The position numbers were made by a program, and so were the translations under genes. A stretch of DNA of 6,035 bases from a virus, in the IMG/VR virus record IMGVR_UViG_3300020030_000081, positions 1 to 6,035 of that record; one strand, 5' to 3'. Shown here piece after piece: positions 4,955 to 6,035 of the stretch. The notes beneath the pieces are model-generated. The model was given only the letters and a program-made list of their open reading frames with translations, had not been told where the DNA came from and searched no databases. The first letter of the stretch is position 1. Every line of letters begins with the position of its first letter.

Positions 4955-6035
4955 TCAATTTCTCTGATGATAGTTGCGACGAGTATAGGTGCTACTAGTC
5001 GGGTCTCCCGATGGACCGTAAATTTCCCTCACTTCCTCATAGCCTTCGGGACCGGCAGGGCCTGCGGCCTTGCGACCAGCGTAGGAAGCAGCGGCGATAC
5101 CTGCGGCAGTAGCAAAAGCCTTTGTAACATCATAAAACAGAGCGTTCTTATTCTTGCGGATAGTAAACCAGTTACCGGACAGACTCTGGCGACCTGCGCC
5201 AAGATCAAGGCCACGAAGACAAGAGTAATATTCGCGACCTGTAATCTCCTCGAATTCTCCAGTGGGTTCGCCTTTCTCGTTGACCAAGGGAACCTTTACG
5301 GGGGTTTCCCAGGTGACTTCAAACATACGTTGCATATCCTTCTGCTGAATGTCAAGAATATCAGCACGAGAACGGGACTCACGTGCGGAAGCTTTAGCAG
5401 CATCGGCGACAGCGCAAAGATAGGCAAGGTTGGCAGCTGCAGACTGTTCGAGAAGAGGAATCTCAGCATCGTTTTCAGCACGAATACGCTTAGTGCGCTC
5501 AACCTGCTCAGCATAAGCAGCTTGAACGCGCTGGAAATCATAGGTGGCAGCGAGGTCTGCATACTTATTGTAAGCCTCCTGATTAATAGCCAACTCGCCA
5601 TAATAACGAGCGAGCGAAGACTGACTACCAATGTTAGCTCGCTTCAATTGCTTCTCGAGCTCAATAAGGGCCTGGCCTTGTTCCCTGGTGGGCATCTTGT
5701 TACGAATGTCATCAGCTTGGGCATTATCAAGATTAGCGGCAGCCTCATTGCGCTCAATGGTTGAATTAAGACCCATGGCTTCAAGGGCGGCACCAACAGC
5801 AGCAGAACCAGCGCCGGGGGATAAAGGACTGGAAAAATCAAACGAACCGCCCGAAGGGCCTGAAGCGCCTACAGAACCGGCAGAGCCGCCGGACATAGTC
5901 GCGTTGATGCCAACGCCTGCAGAGCCAAGAACAGCAGCCGGCGAAACGCCAGCTTTAAGATAACGATCGAAAACTTTCGTAGGGTCGTTATAAGCATTCT
6001 CATAGTCAAACTGCTTTTGCCAGTTAGCATAATTA
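4955..6035 (-). CDS. VP2: DNA pilot protein VP2, C-terminal portion (frame runs off the window edge; 5915-6035 duplicates 1-121)
   Basis: The 313-aa ORF in the track (Met at 5896) is open upstream to 6035 in the same frame: ...GVGINAT-MSGGSAGSVGASG.... It contains a Gly/Ser/Ala-rich linker, then a helical, charged region. The stop is TGA at 4957-4955. Joined with 321->1 it gives 107 + 6 + 313 = 426 aa. Confidence 0.88.
   Translation of the reverse strand, partial: NYANWQKQFDYENAYNDPTKVFDRYLKAGVSPAAVLGSAGVGINATMSGGSAGSVGASGPSGGSFDFSSPLSPGAGSAAVGAALEAMGLNSTIERNEAAANLDNAQADDIRNKMPTREQGQALIELEKQLKRANIGSQSSLARYYGELAINQEAYNKYADLAATYDFQRVQAAYAEQVERTKRIRAENDAEIPLLEQSAAANLAYLCAVADAAKASARESRSRADILDIQQKDMQRMFEVTWETPVKVPLVNEKGEPTGEFEEITGREYYSCLRGLDLGAGRQSLSGNWFTIRKNKNALFYDVTKAFATAAGIAAASYAGRKAAGPAGPEGYEEVREIYGPSGDPTSSTYTRRNYHQRN
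5915..6035. repeat. Terminal redundancy, an exact copy of 1-121
   Basis: Same comparison as for 1-121; identical over all 121 nt. Confidence 0.98.

Noticed and set aside
4727-4957. Genome-wide TGA reassignment (code 4 or 25) as the explanation for the in-frame TGA at 4729-4727
   Set aside because: VP1, Rep and VP2 together make about 1,390 codons, and they are intact under the standard code with no in-frame TGA. Trp is written as TGG in every codon I translated by hand. A TGA-sense host would normally leave many in-frame TGAs in these genes. Local readthrough, mutation or sequencing error are more likely.
4152-5853. Recurrence of the heptamer CCGAAGG / ccttcgg at 4152-4158, 4625-4631 and 5044-5050, and in the opposite orientation at 5847-5853, as a possible dispersed motif
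   Set aside because: Four copies of a 7-mer in about 12 kb of two-strand sequence is only a mild excess. Three of them lie inside coding sequence, where they encode ordinary residues (PEG and similar). Only the copies inside the 4108-4175 element have structural context.

Overview
The window is one complete, circularly permuted genome of a small ssDNA phage of the family Microviridae, not a stretch of bacterial chromosome. Bases 1-121 are identical to 5915-6035, so the unit circle is 5,914 nt and the window was cut inside the DNA pilot gene. All credible genes lie on the - strand, so the window is the reverse complement of the viral/mRNA-sense strand. Order in the sense direction: small TGA-interrupted ORF (4873->4553), 107-aa ORF (4545->4222), GC-rich structured spacer (4221->4054), 65-aa ORF (4053->3856), replication initiator VP4 (3853->2783), major capsid VP1 (2779->956), acidic 98-aa ORF (944->648), second structured spacer (647->515), 63-aa lipoprotein-like ORF (514->323), pilot protein VP2 (321->1 joined to 5914->4955, 426 aa), then an A/T-tract spacer (4954->4874). 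Genes are tightly packed, with stop/start gaps of 1-3 nt at three junctions. No start codon has a Shine-Dalgarno block, which points to a Bacteroidota-type host; this is inference. I see no tRNA, rRNA, CRISPR array, integrase or transposase. Items worth a second look: (1) a three-way-junction element carrying two CGAAG-type mini-hairpins on the viral strand, a candidate complementary-strand origin or structured RNA; (2) a small ORF with a textbook lipoprotein signal (lipobox LASC), a candidate lysis or exclusion factor; (3) a conserved-looking small ORF split by a single in-frame TGA; (4) a terminator-like long-range stem; (5) a small ORF upstream of Rep with an AP2-like DNA-binding signature. 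Every family assignment comes from motif recognition by eye. No database search was run.
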